Notes: generated by a model not told the origin, from the letters alone. Positions 22,540-32,297 are shown, numbered from the stretch's first letter. The stretch is DNA of 64,000 nt from an uncultured Bacteroidota bacterium (GCA_947085565.1 CAMTWZ010000007.1:18260-82259); one strand, 5' to 3'. Numbers and translations: made by a program.

Positions 22540-24940
22540 CCTGATACCGTTTTGCCACTTGGGTTAGTTGAAAATAATCGGCTCTCTGCAGAATGGAGGT
22601 GAACAGTTCCGCCACGGATTCGAACCCGGCGATAGGTTCGGCACTGCGCATGATCTCCAAGATCGCGTCAAAATCCTGCTCCTCCATCGCTGCATTGATG
22701 CGAAGTTGGGACTCTTTCGGAAAAGTACGCAAATACGCCACGATATCGTCAACACCCACATCTTTGGAATCAGGTTCGGCAGCCATTTCTTCGTAAGTGA
22801 ATTCCACCCCTATCAGTTTACCGATGAGCTCGAGCAGATCCGGCTCATAAAACGGTTTGCGCACATATTCGGTGAATCCCTGGCGCTTGAGTTCCACATT
22901 TTTACCTTCGAAGCCGCTGGCGGTGAGTGCGATGATGGGGACCGTTTTGCCTGTCGGCAATTCCCGGATCTTCAGCATGGCACCGATTCCGTCCAGTACG
23001 GGCATGATGATATCCATCAACACCAAATCGAAGGGTTTGGCGGCGAACGCATCCACGGCGACCTGGCCGTTTTCGGCTTCTTCCACCTCGAAGCCGATCG
23101 CTTCCAGCATCACACGGGCCACTTCGCGGTTCGGAGGAACATCATCCACAACCAGAATTCGAGGATTCTTATTCTTACTGATACCGGTGATCTGCTTAGG
23201 ATGCTGGCGGCTTCCGGAAAACACCGCTGTTGACGCTCTGAGGGGGATTTCCACCCGGAAATTCGACCCTTGCCCGACCACGCTCGACACCGAAATCCTG
23301 CCTCCCATCAATTCGCTGAGTTTCCGGCTGATCGCCAACCCCAAGCCCGTGCCTTCCTGATATTTACCTTTCACTTGCTGGAACGGTGAGAAAATCGCCT
23401 CCAACGAATCGGCCGGAATTCCAGCGCCGGTGTCGATCACATCAAACACAAGGTCGTAGGTGCCTGAATACTGCAATTTGAGCGTCACACTTCCTGTGGA
23501 TGTGAACTTGATGGCGTTTCCAATCAGATTGATCAGGATCTGACGGAGTTTGTTCGGATCGCCGACCACCGCGCCCGGCAGAGGATCTTGGAAATCCGTC
23601 TTCAGCGCGATTCCTTTCTCCTTGCATTTCAGATTGAACATTGACTGAAGGTCCTGAAGCAATTCCGGAAGATTGAAATCCACCTCGATAAGATCCATCT
23701 TGCCGGATTCGATCTTCGAGATATCCAGGATGTCGTTGATCATGTTCAGAAGGTGATGCCCGCTTCGATACATGGTTCCGACATATTGCTGCTCCTGATC
23801 GACCAGGTTCTTGCTTTTCTGAAGGATCTGGGCATAACCGAGAACCGCGTTCAACGGAGTGCGGAGCTCGTGGGAGATCCGTGCCAGGAACGAGCTCTTC
23901 GCTTCACTGGCCTCTATGGCGCGTTTGCGCGCCTCAACCAATTCATCGATCCGGTAGGCCACCAAAATGAAGCGGTTTCCGCCATCGTCGTCGGGCATGG
24001 AATGGATCATCCAGCTCAGAGAGTGTTCGGTTCCGTCGCGCGTGATGAGGGTGTCTTCGGTTTTGACAACATCCAGTCCGTTTCTGGCATCTTTGAACCC
24101 GTCTTTGAAGGCCAGATACAATTCAGGGTAAACCTCGGGGAAAGGCAAGCCGGATTTGAGTTCCCCATCGGGTTGGAAATCATCGCCGAAGCGGCGGCTG
24201 AACGTCTGGATATTCAGATAATCACCTAACAGCATCATCGGTATGGGTGCGTTTCGGATCAGCGATTCCAACTGAGCGCGTTCCACACGCAGCGAGGCTT
24301 CCACTTTCTTGCGCGCCTTGATATCCCTGAACAGGATGAAACTGGTAACCAGGATCAGGACGATGGCGATCACGGTTTCGGCAAGTATGATCATCGACGA
24401 ACGCCGGAAAGAGGCATCGGCCAGAAGAAGCCGTTCATTCAGATAATCGTTCTCCAGCTTTTGCATGTAGATCACCACTTCCCGCACATCCGACATGGCC
24501 TCGGCGCCGGACCCCGAATTGGTCATTTCCGCGGCTTGAGCGAACCCTTCCCGACTTCTGACATTGATCGTCGATTCCATGATCTGGAACTTGGCGTACA
24601 CACGGATCCTCAATGAATCCATATACGCCCTGGCTTGCTCATCGCGGATCAGAGAATAAAAGGATACCAGTTGAGCGTCGATTTTCAGTTTCGCTCTCTG
24701 GTAAGGCGCCAGATAGGATGAATCTCCGGTGATTACGAAACCGCGCTCGGACGTTTCCATGTCGGTGACGAGGATCAGAAGATCGTTCAGCTCGGAAACC
24801 AGCTGCTGGGTACGGGTCACCTCATCCAAATGCTCGCCGATGGCGTTATTGCCTCGTATACTTGCCCATGCTATAAGTGCAAGCACCAGGACCGCGACCG
24901 CGAATCCGACGTAAACCCGCATTTCGACTTTTTCTCTCAT
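22532..24940 (-). CDS. Hybrid sensor histidine kinase: CHASE3-TM-PAS-HisKA-HATPase_c-REC + ~100-aa helical tail
   Basis: 802 aa. The N-terminal TM is followed by a CHASE3-like periplasmic segment (…METSERGFVITGDSSYLAPY…) and a second TM. The H-box is ISHELRTPLN and the G-box GTGLGLAISRKL. The receiver has ILVVDD…LVLMDIIMPVLDG. ATGA overlap with the folA stop. Confidence 0.9.
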   Translation of the reverse strand: MREKVEMRVYVGFAVAVLVLALIAWASIRGNNAIGEHLDEVTRTQQLVSELNDLLILVTDMETSERGFVITGDSSYLAPYQRAKLKIDAQLVSFYSLIRDEQARAYMDSLRIRVYAKFQIMESTINVRSREGFAQAAEMTNSGSGAEAMSDVREVVIYMQKLENDYLNERLLLADASFRRSSMIILAETVIAIVLILVTSFILFRDIKARKKVEASLRVERAQLESLIRNAPIPMMLLGDYLNIQTFSRRFGDDFQPDGELKSGLPFPEVYPELYLAFKDGFKDARNGLDVVKTEDTLITRDGTEHSLSWMIHSMPDDDGGNRFILVAYRIDELVEARKRAIEASEAKSSFLARISHELRTPLNAVLGYAQILQKSKNLVDQEQQYVGTMYRSGHHLLNMINDILDISKIESGKMDLIEVDFNLPELLQDLQSMFNLKCKEKGIALKTDFQDPLPGAVVGDPNKLRQILINLIGNAIKFTSTGSVTLKLQYSGTYDLVFDVIDTGAGIPADSLEAIFSPFQQVKGKYQEGTGLGLAISRKLSELMGGRISVSSVVGQGSNFRVEIPLRASTAVFSGSRQHPKQITGISKNKNPRILVVDDVPPNREVARVMLEAIGFEVEEAENGQVAVDAFAAKPFDLVLMDIIMPVLDGIGAMLKIRELPTGKTVPIIALTASGFEGKNVELKRQGFTEYVRKPFYEPDLLELIGKLIGVEFTYEEMAAEPDSKDVGVDDIVAYLRTFPKESQLRINAAMEEQDFDAILEIMRSAEPIAGFESVAELFTSILQRADYFQLTQVAKRYQDV

Positions 24941-25416
24941 GATGACGAATGCAAACGATGATAGACCACGAACGACATTCCGTCTGCCGCTCTTCGCGAC
25001 ACTTCCTTCCAGACCTTTCCGATACCGTGTCTGTATTCAGGAAAATATACATCACCTTCATGAATCCCAACGACTTCCGTGACAATCATCTCGTCGATGT
25101 AGGGCATGATGGATTCGTATAATTTCGATCCGCCGATCACAAACACTTTCTCGTATTTCGAAAGATAAGTCATGGCTTCCGGAATAGACTCAAAACTTTT
25201 GACGTTTTCCCATTTTTTGGATGAGATCACGAAATTCTCCCTTCCGGGCAGCGGTTTCTCGCCCAATTCCTCATACACGCCTCTACCCATGAGGATGGGA
25301 TGTCCCATGGTGGTTTGCTTGAAATGACGCATGTCTTCGGGCTGTTTCCAGGGTAGCCCACCCTTGTTTCCGATCACCAACGCCTCATCGTGCGCGACGA
25401 TCAGAACCCATCTCAT
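24937..25416 (-). CDS. folA: Dihydrofolate reductase
   Basis: 159 aa. The pattern (IVAHDEALVIGNKGGLPW…, …VIGGSKLYE…) is typical of DHFR. It lies immediately downstream of thyA with a 4-nt overlap. Confidence 0.9.
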   Translation of the reverse strand: MRWVLIVAHDEALVIGNKGGLPWKQPEDMRHFKQTTMGHPILMGRGVYEELGEKPLPGRENFVISSKKWENVKSFESIPEAMTYLSKYEKVFVIGGSKLYESIMPYIDEMIVTEVVGIHEGDVYFPEYRHGIGKVWKEVSRRAADGMSFVVYHRLHSSS

Positions 25417-26228
25417 ACCGCGACCTCGAATTTGATTCCAGGGTCGGGGTCATAACCGGTCAATACGAAATCGTCGAATCCGAGCTCATCCAGAGGCTTT
25501 TTCGCCACAGTGAGTGCGGGCAAAGGCTTGGGCGTTCTCTTGAGCTGCTCTTTGAGTCCATCCACATGGTTCACATAGATGTGCGCATCCACGATGGTAT
25601 GGGCGAATTCACCCGGCTCCAAACCCACTTCCTGCGCGATGGCGATGGTGAGTGCCGAATAACAGGCCAGATTGAACGGGATGCCCAAGGCGATGTCTCC
25701 CGAACGTTGCGTGAGGTGGCAATTCAGGCGCCCCTTGCTCACATTGAACACAAAAAGAATATGGCAAGGCGGAAGCGCCATGTGCTTGAGCATTCCCGGA
25801 TGCCAGGCGCTCACCACGATCCGACGACTGTTCGGATTGGTCTTCAATGTGTGCACAGCCTCTTTGATCTGATCGACCGTGGTCACCTCTCCGCTCGGAT
25901 CCGTGTAGGGATCACCGACCGGAAACTTGCGCCACATCACCGGATAAATCGGCCCGACGTGGCCATCTTCACGCGCCCACGCATCCCAGATGTGGCAATT
26001 GTTCTCGTCGCGAAGCCAACGGATGTGGTCTTCGCCCCTGAGATACCATAAAAGCTCAAGAATGACCGATCTGAAATGCACTTTTTTCGTGGTCAGCAAC
26101 GGGAATCCTTCCGCCAAATCCACCTTGTAGAATTCCGCGAAGGAGGAAATGGTGTCGATTCCGGTCCGGTTATGCTTAAGTTCCCCGTTTTCAAGAACCC
26201 GGGCCACCAAGTCGTGATAGGCTTTCAT
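25413..26228 (-). CDS. thyA: Thymidylate synthase (ThyA type)
   Basis: Trimmed to MKAYHDLVARVLENG at 26228 (ATGA overlap with the ilvE stop). Motifs: FPLLTTKKVHF, LPPCH and QRSGDIALGIPFN. Confidence 0.95.
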   Translation of the reverse strand: MKAYHDLVARVLENGELKHNRTGIDTISSFAEFYKVDLAEGFPLLTTKKVHFRSVILELLWYLRGEDHIRWLRDENNCHIWDAWAREDGHVGPIYPVMWRKFPVGDPYTDPSGEVTTVDQIKEAVHTLKTNPNSRRIVVSAWHPGMLKHMALPPCHILFVFNVSKGRLNCHLTQRSGDIALGIPFNLACYSALTIAIAQEVGLEPGEFAHTIVDAHIYVNHVDGLKEQLKRTPKPLPALTVAKKPLDELGFDDFVLTGYDPDPGIKFEVAV

Positions 26229-27310
26229 CGCGCATCTCCGAGAAGGCGTGTCCAACCGTGGGTGTCCGCGATGTCACCATGGTGCCATCCGGTGATGGTA
26301 TCGTACAAGCGTTGTGAAAGCGGACCCATTCTCTCCATGCCCAGTTCCACGACTGAACCGTTGTGATGGATGAGTCCGACGGGCGAAATCACCGCGGCGG
26401 TTCCTGAGGCGAACACTTCCGTCAGCCTTCCGTTATTCCCTGCTTCAAGCACTTCATGGATGGAAATGACGCGTTCTTCAACGGGAAGACCGAAATCTTT
26501 CGCCAGAGTCAGCACGCAATCGCGAGTCACTCCGCTCAGGATGCTATCGGTGAGTGCGGGTGTGACCAATGTTCCGTCGATCACGAAAAAGATGTTCGAG
26601 GTGCCCACTTCCTCGATGTAGGTGCGCTCTTTGGCATCCAGCCATAGAACCTGCGCGTACCCTTTTTCCATGGCTTGAAATGAGGGTTTGAGCGTCGCGG
26701 CATAATTGCCCGGACTCTTGGCACTTCCGGTTCCGCCTCTCATGGCACGGGCGTATTCAGGCATCGTGGTCAGCTTCACCGGCTTGATGCCTTCGGCGTA
26801 GTAATTTCCCACCGGGCCACCGATCACCATGAACCGATATCGCGTCGACGGGCGTACGCCCAAATAAGGCTCCGCCGCGATGATGAACGGACGGATGTAG
26901 TAGCTCTTGTACCGGTCGTTGGGCACCCACGCCGAATCCATGCTTAGTAAAGTGTCGATCGCTTCGAACCAAGCCTCGCGTGGAAGCGGTGGAATACTCA
27001 TGCGCTCGCAAGAAGCAAGGAACCGCTCATAGTGGCGGTCGGCGCGAAACACATTCACTCGCCCGTCTTTGTAGCGGAAGGCTTTGAGCCCTTCGAACAC
27101 CGCCTGACCGTAATGCAGCACGCTCAGCGCCGGACTGAGTTGGATCGGTCCGAACGGGATGATCTCCCCTTGTTGCCAATCTTTATTCTCAAATATGACC
27201 TGAGCCATGTGATCGGAAAACACCTCACCGAAGCGGAGGGTTGAGAAATCGACGGAAGAGACATTGGATGAGGCGGCGGCTGTGATTCGAAACGGTGTCG
27301 TCATAGTCAT
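26225..27310 (-). CDS. ilvE: Branched-chain amino-acid aminotransferase (class IV, long form)
   Basis: 361 aa. Fold-type IV PLP pattern (…YGQAVFEGLKAFR…, …GTGSAKSPGNYA…, …EVGTSNIFFV…). Confidence 0.9.
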   Translation of the reverse strand: MTMTTPFRITAAASSNVSSVDFSTLRFGEVFSDHMAQVIFENKDWQQGEIIPFGPIQLSPALSVLHYGQAVFEGLKAFRYKDGRVNVFRADRHYERFLASCERMSIPPLPREAWFEAIDTLLSMDSAWVPNDRYKSYYIRPFIIAAEPYLGVRPSTRYRFMVIGGPVGNYYAEGIKPVKLTTMPEYARAMRGGTGSAKSPGNYAATLKPSFQAMEKGYAQVLWLDAKERTYIEEVGTSNIFFVIDGTLVTPALTDSILSGVTRDCVLTLAKDFGLPVEERVISIHEVLEAGNNGRLTEVFASGTAAVISPVGLIHHNGSVVELGMERMGPLSQRLYDTITGWHHGDIADTHGWTRLLGDAR

Positions 27311-28137
27311 GGTGTGGGTAGCCCGTAGGAAGCTAAGGCATCCTCCGCAGCTTTCTGTTCTGCTTTCTTTTTGCTCTTACCAGTACCCATCCCCCTAACT
27401 TCCGTGCCGATCAGCACTTGGATGGTGTACACTCTGTCATGATCGGGCCCCTCAACCTCGGAAGTCCGGTATGTAGGAGTTCCGAGTTTATGGGATTGCG
27501 CAAATTCGAGCAAGAGGCTTTTGAAATTGTCGCGTTCCTGCTCGATGTTGCTGAAATCAATTTCGCTTAAAATCACACGTTCCACAAACGCGAAAACGAC
27601 GGGAAATCCGCGGTCGCGATAGACCGCGCCGATCAGCGCTTCGAAAATATCCGACATCACGTTCACGCTGTTTTCGATGCCTTGATCGCGTACCCGGTCT
27701 CCGATTTCGATGATTTCGGCCAGTTTCAATTTATCGGCCAACATCGCCAACGTCTCGGCCCGCACAATTCTGGACCGCATCTGCGTCATGAACCCTTCGT
27801 CCTGCTTCGGATAGCGGTTATAAATGAGCTCGGCCACGATCAGATCCAAGACGGCATCGCCAAGGAATTCCAACTGCTCATAGCTTTCATGATCTTGGAA
27901 TTCGCTCTCCACCAGCTTGGATCGGTGGCGCAGCGCCATCGCATACATATTCGGATTGCCGATCCAGGTTCCGATGATCTCTTCGATTCGCGAAATGACC
28001 TTTTTGGCCCTCGGTGGCAAATCCTTCTTGAGTTGGGAGGCCCGGTATCGGGCGATGAGTCCGCCTTTAGAGTTCAAAAGCTTTGAAAACCACGGACGTA
28101 TTATGACCGCCAAATCCGAACGCGTTATTGATGGCAT
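27307..28137 (-). CDS. rnc: Ribonuclease III
   Basis: The signature is EQLEFLGDAVLDL. The C-terminal dsRBD reads …FKSLLLEFAQSHKLGTPTYR…GTGKSKKKAEQKAAEDAL. The start is uncertain: the longest ORF start (28137) overlaps fabF by 71 nt, so the true start may lie further downstream. Confidence 0.85.
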   Translation of the reverse strand: MPSITRSDLAVIIRPWFSKLLNSKGGLIARYRASQLKKDLPPRAKKVISRIEEIIGTWIGNPNMYAMALRHRSKLVESEFQDHESYEQLEFLGDAVLDLIVAELIYNRYPKQDEGFMTQMRSRIVRAETLAMLADKLKLAEIIEIGDRVRDQGIENSVNVMSDIFEALIGAVYRDRGFPVVFAFVERVILSEIDFSNIEQERDNFKSLLLEFAQSHKLGTPTYRTSEVEGPDHDRVYTIQVLIGTEVRGMGTGKSKKKAEQKAAEDALASYGLPTP

Positions 28138-29311
28138 ACTTCATTTTTCGTGGTACGGCCTCATTGACGGTGTAATTCAGATCGCACAACGGATCGGGAG
28201 TTACATAATTGATGGTGGGTGGAACCATCTGGTGATACAGAGCGAGAATCGTAGCGACGGATTCAGCGGCTCCTGCGGCGCCAAGCAGGTGACCGGTCAT
28301 CGACTTGGTCGAATTCAGATTCATCGAATAGGCATGGTCGCCGAAGACTTTCTTGATGGCATTGGTTTCGGCGACATCTCCAAGCGGAGTCGATGTCCCA
28401 TGCATGTTGATGTGGTCCACATCTTCCGGACGGATGCCCGCAGCTTTGAGCGCCTCATTCATGGCCAGAATGACACCGTTCCCGTCGGGATCGGGAGCCG
28501 TGATATGGTACGCATCCGCGGAAAAACCGTAACCGACCACTTCGGCGTAGATTCGAGCACCGCGTGAGACCGCAGTATCCATCGATTCCAAAAACAGCAT
28601 CGCGGCGCCCTCGCCAAGAACGAAACCGTCTCGCGACGCATCAAATGGCCGGGAAGCGTGTTCCATGTCTTCGTTTCGAGTCGACATGGCTTTCATGGCG
28701 TTGAAACCGCCCACGCTCATCTCTGAGATCGGAGATTCGGTACCACCGCAGATGGCATAGTCGGAAGTGCCATGGCGGATGAAATCATACGCCAGACCGA
28801 TATTGTGCGAGCCAGTGGCACACGCCGAAACCGCGCAGAAATTCGGACCCCGGAATCCATACTTGATGGACACGTACCCTGCGGCGATATCCGGAATCAG
28901 CATCGGAATGAAGAACGGAGAAATGCCACGCGGGCCCCTCTCCTTAAACTCCAATGCCTGCTGGAAAAAGACCTGAAATCCACCGATGCCCGTACCGACC
29001 AACACGGCGACCCGATTCCGGTCGATTCCGTCCAGCGGAATTCCGGAATCCTTGATCGCCTCATCGGCGGTGATCATGGCATACTGGGTGAATTGATCAA
29101 TACGACGCACCTCCTTCGCATCGAAGTACCGCAACGCGTCGTAATCGGCGAGTTGGGCGGCGAATCTGGTCGGAAATTGGCTGACATCGAATCGTGTGAT
29201 CGGACGCACCCCGCTCCGCCCACGGACCAAACCATCCCAGAACTCCGGGGTGGTGTTTCCTATCGGCGTAAGGGATCCGATTCCAGTGATGACGACTCTT
29301 CGGCCAGCCAC
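28067..29311 (-). CDS. fabF: 3-oxoacyl-ACP synthase II
   Basis: The active-site Cys lies in SACATGSH, with HGTSTP and GFGGHN motifs. The track start (29350) overlaps acpP by 35 nt. GTG at 29311 (VAGRRVVITGIG) lies 4 nt after the acpP stop and gives a protein of about 414 aa. Confidence 0.95.
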   Translation of the reverse strand: MAGRRVVITGIGSLTPIGNTTPEFWDGLVRGRSGVRPITRFDVSQFPTRFAAQLADYDALRYFDAKEVRRIDQFTQYAMITADEAIKDSGIPLDGIDRNRVAVLVGTGIGGFQVFFQQALEFKERGPRGISPFFIPMLIPDIAAGYVSIKYGFRGPNFCAVSACATGSHNIGLAYDFIRHGTSDYAICGGTESPISEMSVGGFNAMKAMSTRNEDMEHASRPFDASRDGFVLGEGAAMLFLESMDTAVSRGARIYAEVVGYGFSADAYHITAPDPDGNGVILAMNEALKAAGIRPEDVDHINMHGTSTPLGDVAETNAIKKVFGDHAYSMNLNSTKSMTGHLLGAAGAAESVATILALYHQMVPPTINYVTPDPLCDLNYTVNEAVPRKMKYAINNAFGFGGHNTSVVFKAFEL

Positions 29312-29315
29312 TCGA

Positions 29316-29552
29316 TCAAGCCTTGCTTTGGATGTAGGAAATCGCTGCACCTACCGTGGAGATGGTTTCAGCATCTTCATCCGGAATGCTCACACCGAAT
29401 TCTTTTTCCAATTCCATGATCAGCTCAACAGTGTCGAGCGAATCGGCGCCAAGATCATTTGTGAAATTCGCTTCGATCGTGACCATGCTCTCATCGACGC
29501 CAAGTTTGTCTACGATGATTGCTTTTACTTTTGCTTCAATGTCGTTAGCCAT
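29316..29552 (-). CDS. acpP: Acyl carrier protein
   Basis: 78 aa. [16 protein letters not shown] carries the phosphopantetheine Ser. Confidence 0.95.
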   Translation of the reverse strand: MANDIEAKVKAIIVDKLGVDESMVTIEANFTNDLGADSLDTVELIMELEKEFGVSIPDEDAETISTVGAAISYIQSKA

Positions 29553-29643
29553 GTTGAAATGTCCCTTTGTTTTTTTGTTGATGCCCGGTCTGCGGGCGGT
29601 TAAAAGTTACTTTTGTTTGCGTTAATGTACAACGTCGGTCCAT

Positions 29644-30393
29644 TCACATCACCATCCCGCCATCCACATGCAAAACCACGCCTGTGATGTAGGATGCCGC
29701 ATCGGATGCGAGAAACTGAACCGCGGAGGCGACTTCGTCGGTCTGGCCGGCTCTTCCCATCGGGATCGTGGCCAGAATTCCGTTCAAGGTGGCTTCCGGG
29801 AGTTTGTCGGTCATGTCGGAGGTGATGTACCCCGGAGCGACCACGTTCACCCGCACATTGCGGGAACTGAGTTCTTTGGCCAGCGACTTGGTGAATCCGA
29901 TGATTCCGGCCTTCGACGCGGCGTAATTCGTTTGTCCGGCGCTTCCAGCCACTCCCACGATCGATCCGATGTTCACGATGGAGCCTTTGCGTTGCTTCAT
30001 CATCGGACGAACCGCTGATTTCGAGTAGTTGAACACGCTTTTGAGATTGGTGTTGATCACATCATCCCACTGCTGCTCGCTCATGCGCATGATCAGAGTG
30101 TCTTGGGTGATTCCGGCGTTGTTGATCAGGATATCCAATGATCCCCACTGTGCCACCACATCGCTCACCACTTCGTCTGCGCGCTTGGCATCCACCGCAT
30201 CCGCCTGATAGATCAAGGCTTGGCGGCCCATGGCCACGATCTGGTCTTGGACTTCCTTCGCGGCGGCTTCCGAGCGTGAATACGTGATGGCGACATTCGC
30301 TCCGGCTTTCGCCAGATGCAGAGCGATCGCGCGACCGATTCCGCGGCCTGCGCCGGTCACCAATGCGGTTTTGCCTTCCAATGAAAAACTCAT
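29644..30393 (-). CDS. fabG: 3-oxoacyl-ACP reductase
   Basis: 249 aa SDR with TGAGRGIGRA, NNAG and YAASKAG motifs. Position in the fab cluster supports the call. Confidence 0.9.
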   Translation of the reverse strand: MSFSLEGKTALVTGAGRGIGRAIALHLAKAGANVAITYSRSEAAAKEVQDQIVAMGRQALIYQADAVDAKRADEVVSDVVAQWGSLDILINNAGITQDTLIMRMSEQQWDDVINTNLKSVFNYSKSAVRPMMKQRKGSIVNIGSIVGVAGSAGQTNYAASKAGIIGFTKSLAKELSSRNVRVNVVAPGYITSDMTDKLPEATLNGILATIPMGRAGQTDEVASAVQFLASDAASYITGVVLHVDGGMVM

Positions 30394-30402
30394 GTGCTTT
30401 CC

Positions 30403-31293
30403 TTATGAATGTCCAGATGCCACGGCATCAGGTAACGTACGTTTCACCAATCCTTGCAACACCTTGCCCGGACCCACTTCCACGAATTCGGTGGCTCCAT
30501 CGGCGTTCATGGCGTTCAGGGTCTGAGTCCATCTCACAGGATTCATCAGCTGCTGTAAGAGATTTTCGCGGATGGTGGCGGGATCGGTTGTGGATTTGGC
30601 CGTGTAATTGCTGTAGATCGGACAACGGGGGATGTCGATCCTGAGGGTTTCCAAGCTGTGCTTGAGTCCATCGAACGCGGGACGCATCAACGGGGAGTGG
30701 AACGCGCCGGAAACCGGAAGTTTCTTGGCCAGTTTGCATCCGCCTTCTTTCAAGAGCACCAATGCGGCGTCGATGGCGGCTTCATGCCCTGAAATCACGA
30801 GTTGGCCGGGTGAATTGTAATTGGCGGCGACCACGGTCAAACCGGTCTCGGCCGAAGCTTTGGCGCAGATGTCTTCCACTACGGCATCGTCCATGCCGAT
30901 CACAGCGGCCATGGTCCCGGGATTTTCGGAGCCGGCCTGCTGCATGAGTTGGCCGCGACGGCGCACGATCTTCAGAGCATCCTCGAAAGACACCGCTTCG
31001 CAGGCCACCAGCGCGGAGAACTCGCCCAGGCTGTGGCCGGCAACCAGATCCGCTTTCTCATCCAGTGCTTTGAAAAGCGCCACGGAATGCACGAATATCG
31101 CAGGTTGGGTATGCTCGGTTTGGCGAAGGGTCTCGTCCGGACCTTCGAACATGATCGCGCTCAGGTCATACCCGAGAATATCGTTCGAACGGCTCACCAA
31201 CGCTTTGAATGTAGAATTCGTCGCGAAATGGTCTTTCCCCATTCCGACGGATTGCGAGCCTTGACCAGGGAATATATATGCGGTTTTCGACAT
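30403..31293 (-). CDS. fabD: Malonyl-CoA:ACP transacylase
   Basis: 296 aa with FPGQGSQ, GHSLGE and the GAFHSPLM motif. Confidence 0.9.
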   Translation of the reverse strand: MSKTAYIFPGQGSQSVGMGKDHFATNSTFKALVSRSNDILGYDLSAIMFEGPDETLRQTEHTQPAIFVHSVALFKALDEKADLVAGHSLGEFSALVACEAVSFEDALKIVRRRGQLMQQAGSENPGTMAAVIGMDDAVVEDICAKASAETGLTVVAANYNSPGQLVISGHEAAIDAALVLLKEGGCKLAKKLPVSGAFHSPLMRPAFDGLKHSLETLRIDIPRCPIYSNYTAKSTTDPATIRENLLQQLMNPVRWTQTLNAMNADGATEFVEVGPGKVLQGLVKRTLPDAVASGHS

Positions 31294-31297
31294 CAGA

Positions 31298-32284
31298 TCA
31301 CCATTTCAGATACACGGCTCCGGAGGTGAATCCGCCACCGAACGCGGCCAGGATCACATTGTCGCCAGGTTTGAGTTTGTTCCGCCAATCGTAAAGACAC
31401 AGTGGAATGGTGCCAGCGGTGGTGTTGCCGTATTTCTCGATGTTCACCATCACCTTGTCGATGTTGACCTCCATGCGGCGTGCGGTGGCATCGATGATGC
31501 GGAAATTCGCCTGATGGGGAACCAACCACGCGATGTCGTCAGCGGAAAGGTTGTTTTTCGTCATCAAGGCGACGGAAATATCGGCCATGGCCTCTGTCGC
31601 TTTCTTGAAGACCGTTTTCCCGTCCTGCTTGATGTAATGCCAGTTGTTGTCAACCGTTTCGTGCGAAGAGGGATACAGACTTCCACCGCCCTTCTGAACC
31701 AGAAGCTCGTCTTCATCGCCATCGCTGGTCTGGATGAAATCCTGGATGCCGTTGCCATCGGTGGTGGGTTCGAGCAGAACCGCGCCGGCGCCGTCACCGA
31801 AAATGATGCAGGTCGCACGGTCGGTGTAATCGATGATGGATGACATCTTATCAGCGCCGATCACCAACACGTTCTTGTACCTGCCAGATTCAATCATCAT
31901 CGCGCCGGTGGTGAGCGCGTACAGGAAGCCGGAACATGCGGCAGAAAGATCGAATGCGTAAGCATTCACCGCGCCGATTCGTTTCTGAACCAGACAAGCG
32001 GTGGACGGAAACAGATAATCCGGGGTGACCGTCGCCACGATGATGCAATCGATGTCTTCAGGATTCTTACCGCGCAGGGCGAGAGCTTCTTTCGCCGCTT
32101 CGGTGGCCATGAAGGAGGTCGCCTTGGCCGGATCCCTCAATATTCTGCGTTCTTTGATGCCGGTGCGGCTGGTGATCCATTCGTCGTTGGTTTCGACGAG
32201 TTTCTCCAGGTCGGCGTTCGTAAGCACACCCTCAGGGAGGTAGTGGCCCACAGAAGTGATCCTGGCTTTGACGGGCAGACTCAT
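31298..32284 (-). CDS. fabH: 3-oxoacyl-ACP synthase III
   Basis: Trimmed to MSLPVKARITSVGHYLP at 32284, 13 nt after the plsX stop. The active-site Cys lies in SAACSGF. HQANFRI and GNTTAG motifs are present. Confidence 0.9.
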   Translation of the reverse strand: MSLPVKARITSVGHYLPEGVLTNADLEKLVETNDEWITSRTGIKERRILRDPAKATSFMATEAAKEALALRGKNPEDIDCIIVATVTPDYLFPSTACLVQKRIGAVNAYAFDLSAACSGFLYALTTGAMMIESGRYKNVLVIGADKMSSIIDYTDRATCIIFGDGAGAVLLEPTTDGNGIQDFIQTSDGDEDELLVQKGGGSLYPSSHETVDNNWHYIKQDGKTVFKKATEAMADISVALMTKNNLSADDIAWLVPHQANFRIIDATARRMEVNIDKVMVNIEKYGNTTAGTIPLCLYDWRNKLKPGDNVILAAFGGGFTSGAVYLKW

Positions 32285-32297
32285 GCGTGAAGTTGTG

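Noticed and set aside
22532-22840. C-terminal ~100 aa of the hybrid kinase as an HPt domain
   Set aside because: I could not find a conserved phospho-accepting His motif (HxxKG-like) in DDIVAYLRTFPKESQLRINAAMEEQDFDAILEIMRSAEPIAGFESVAELFTSILQRADYFQLTQVAKRYQDV. It is left as an unassigned helical tail pending a profile search.
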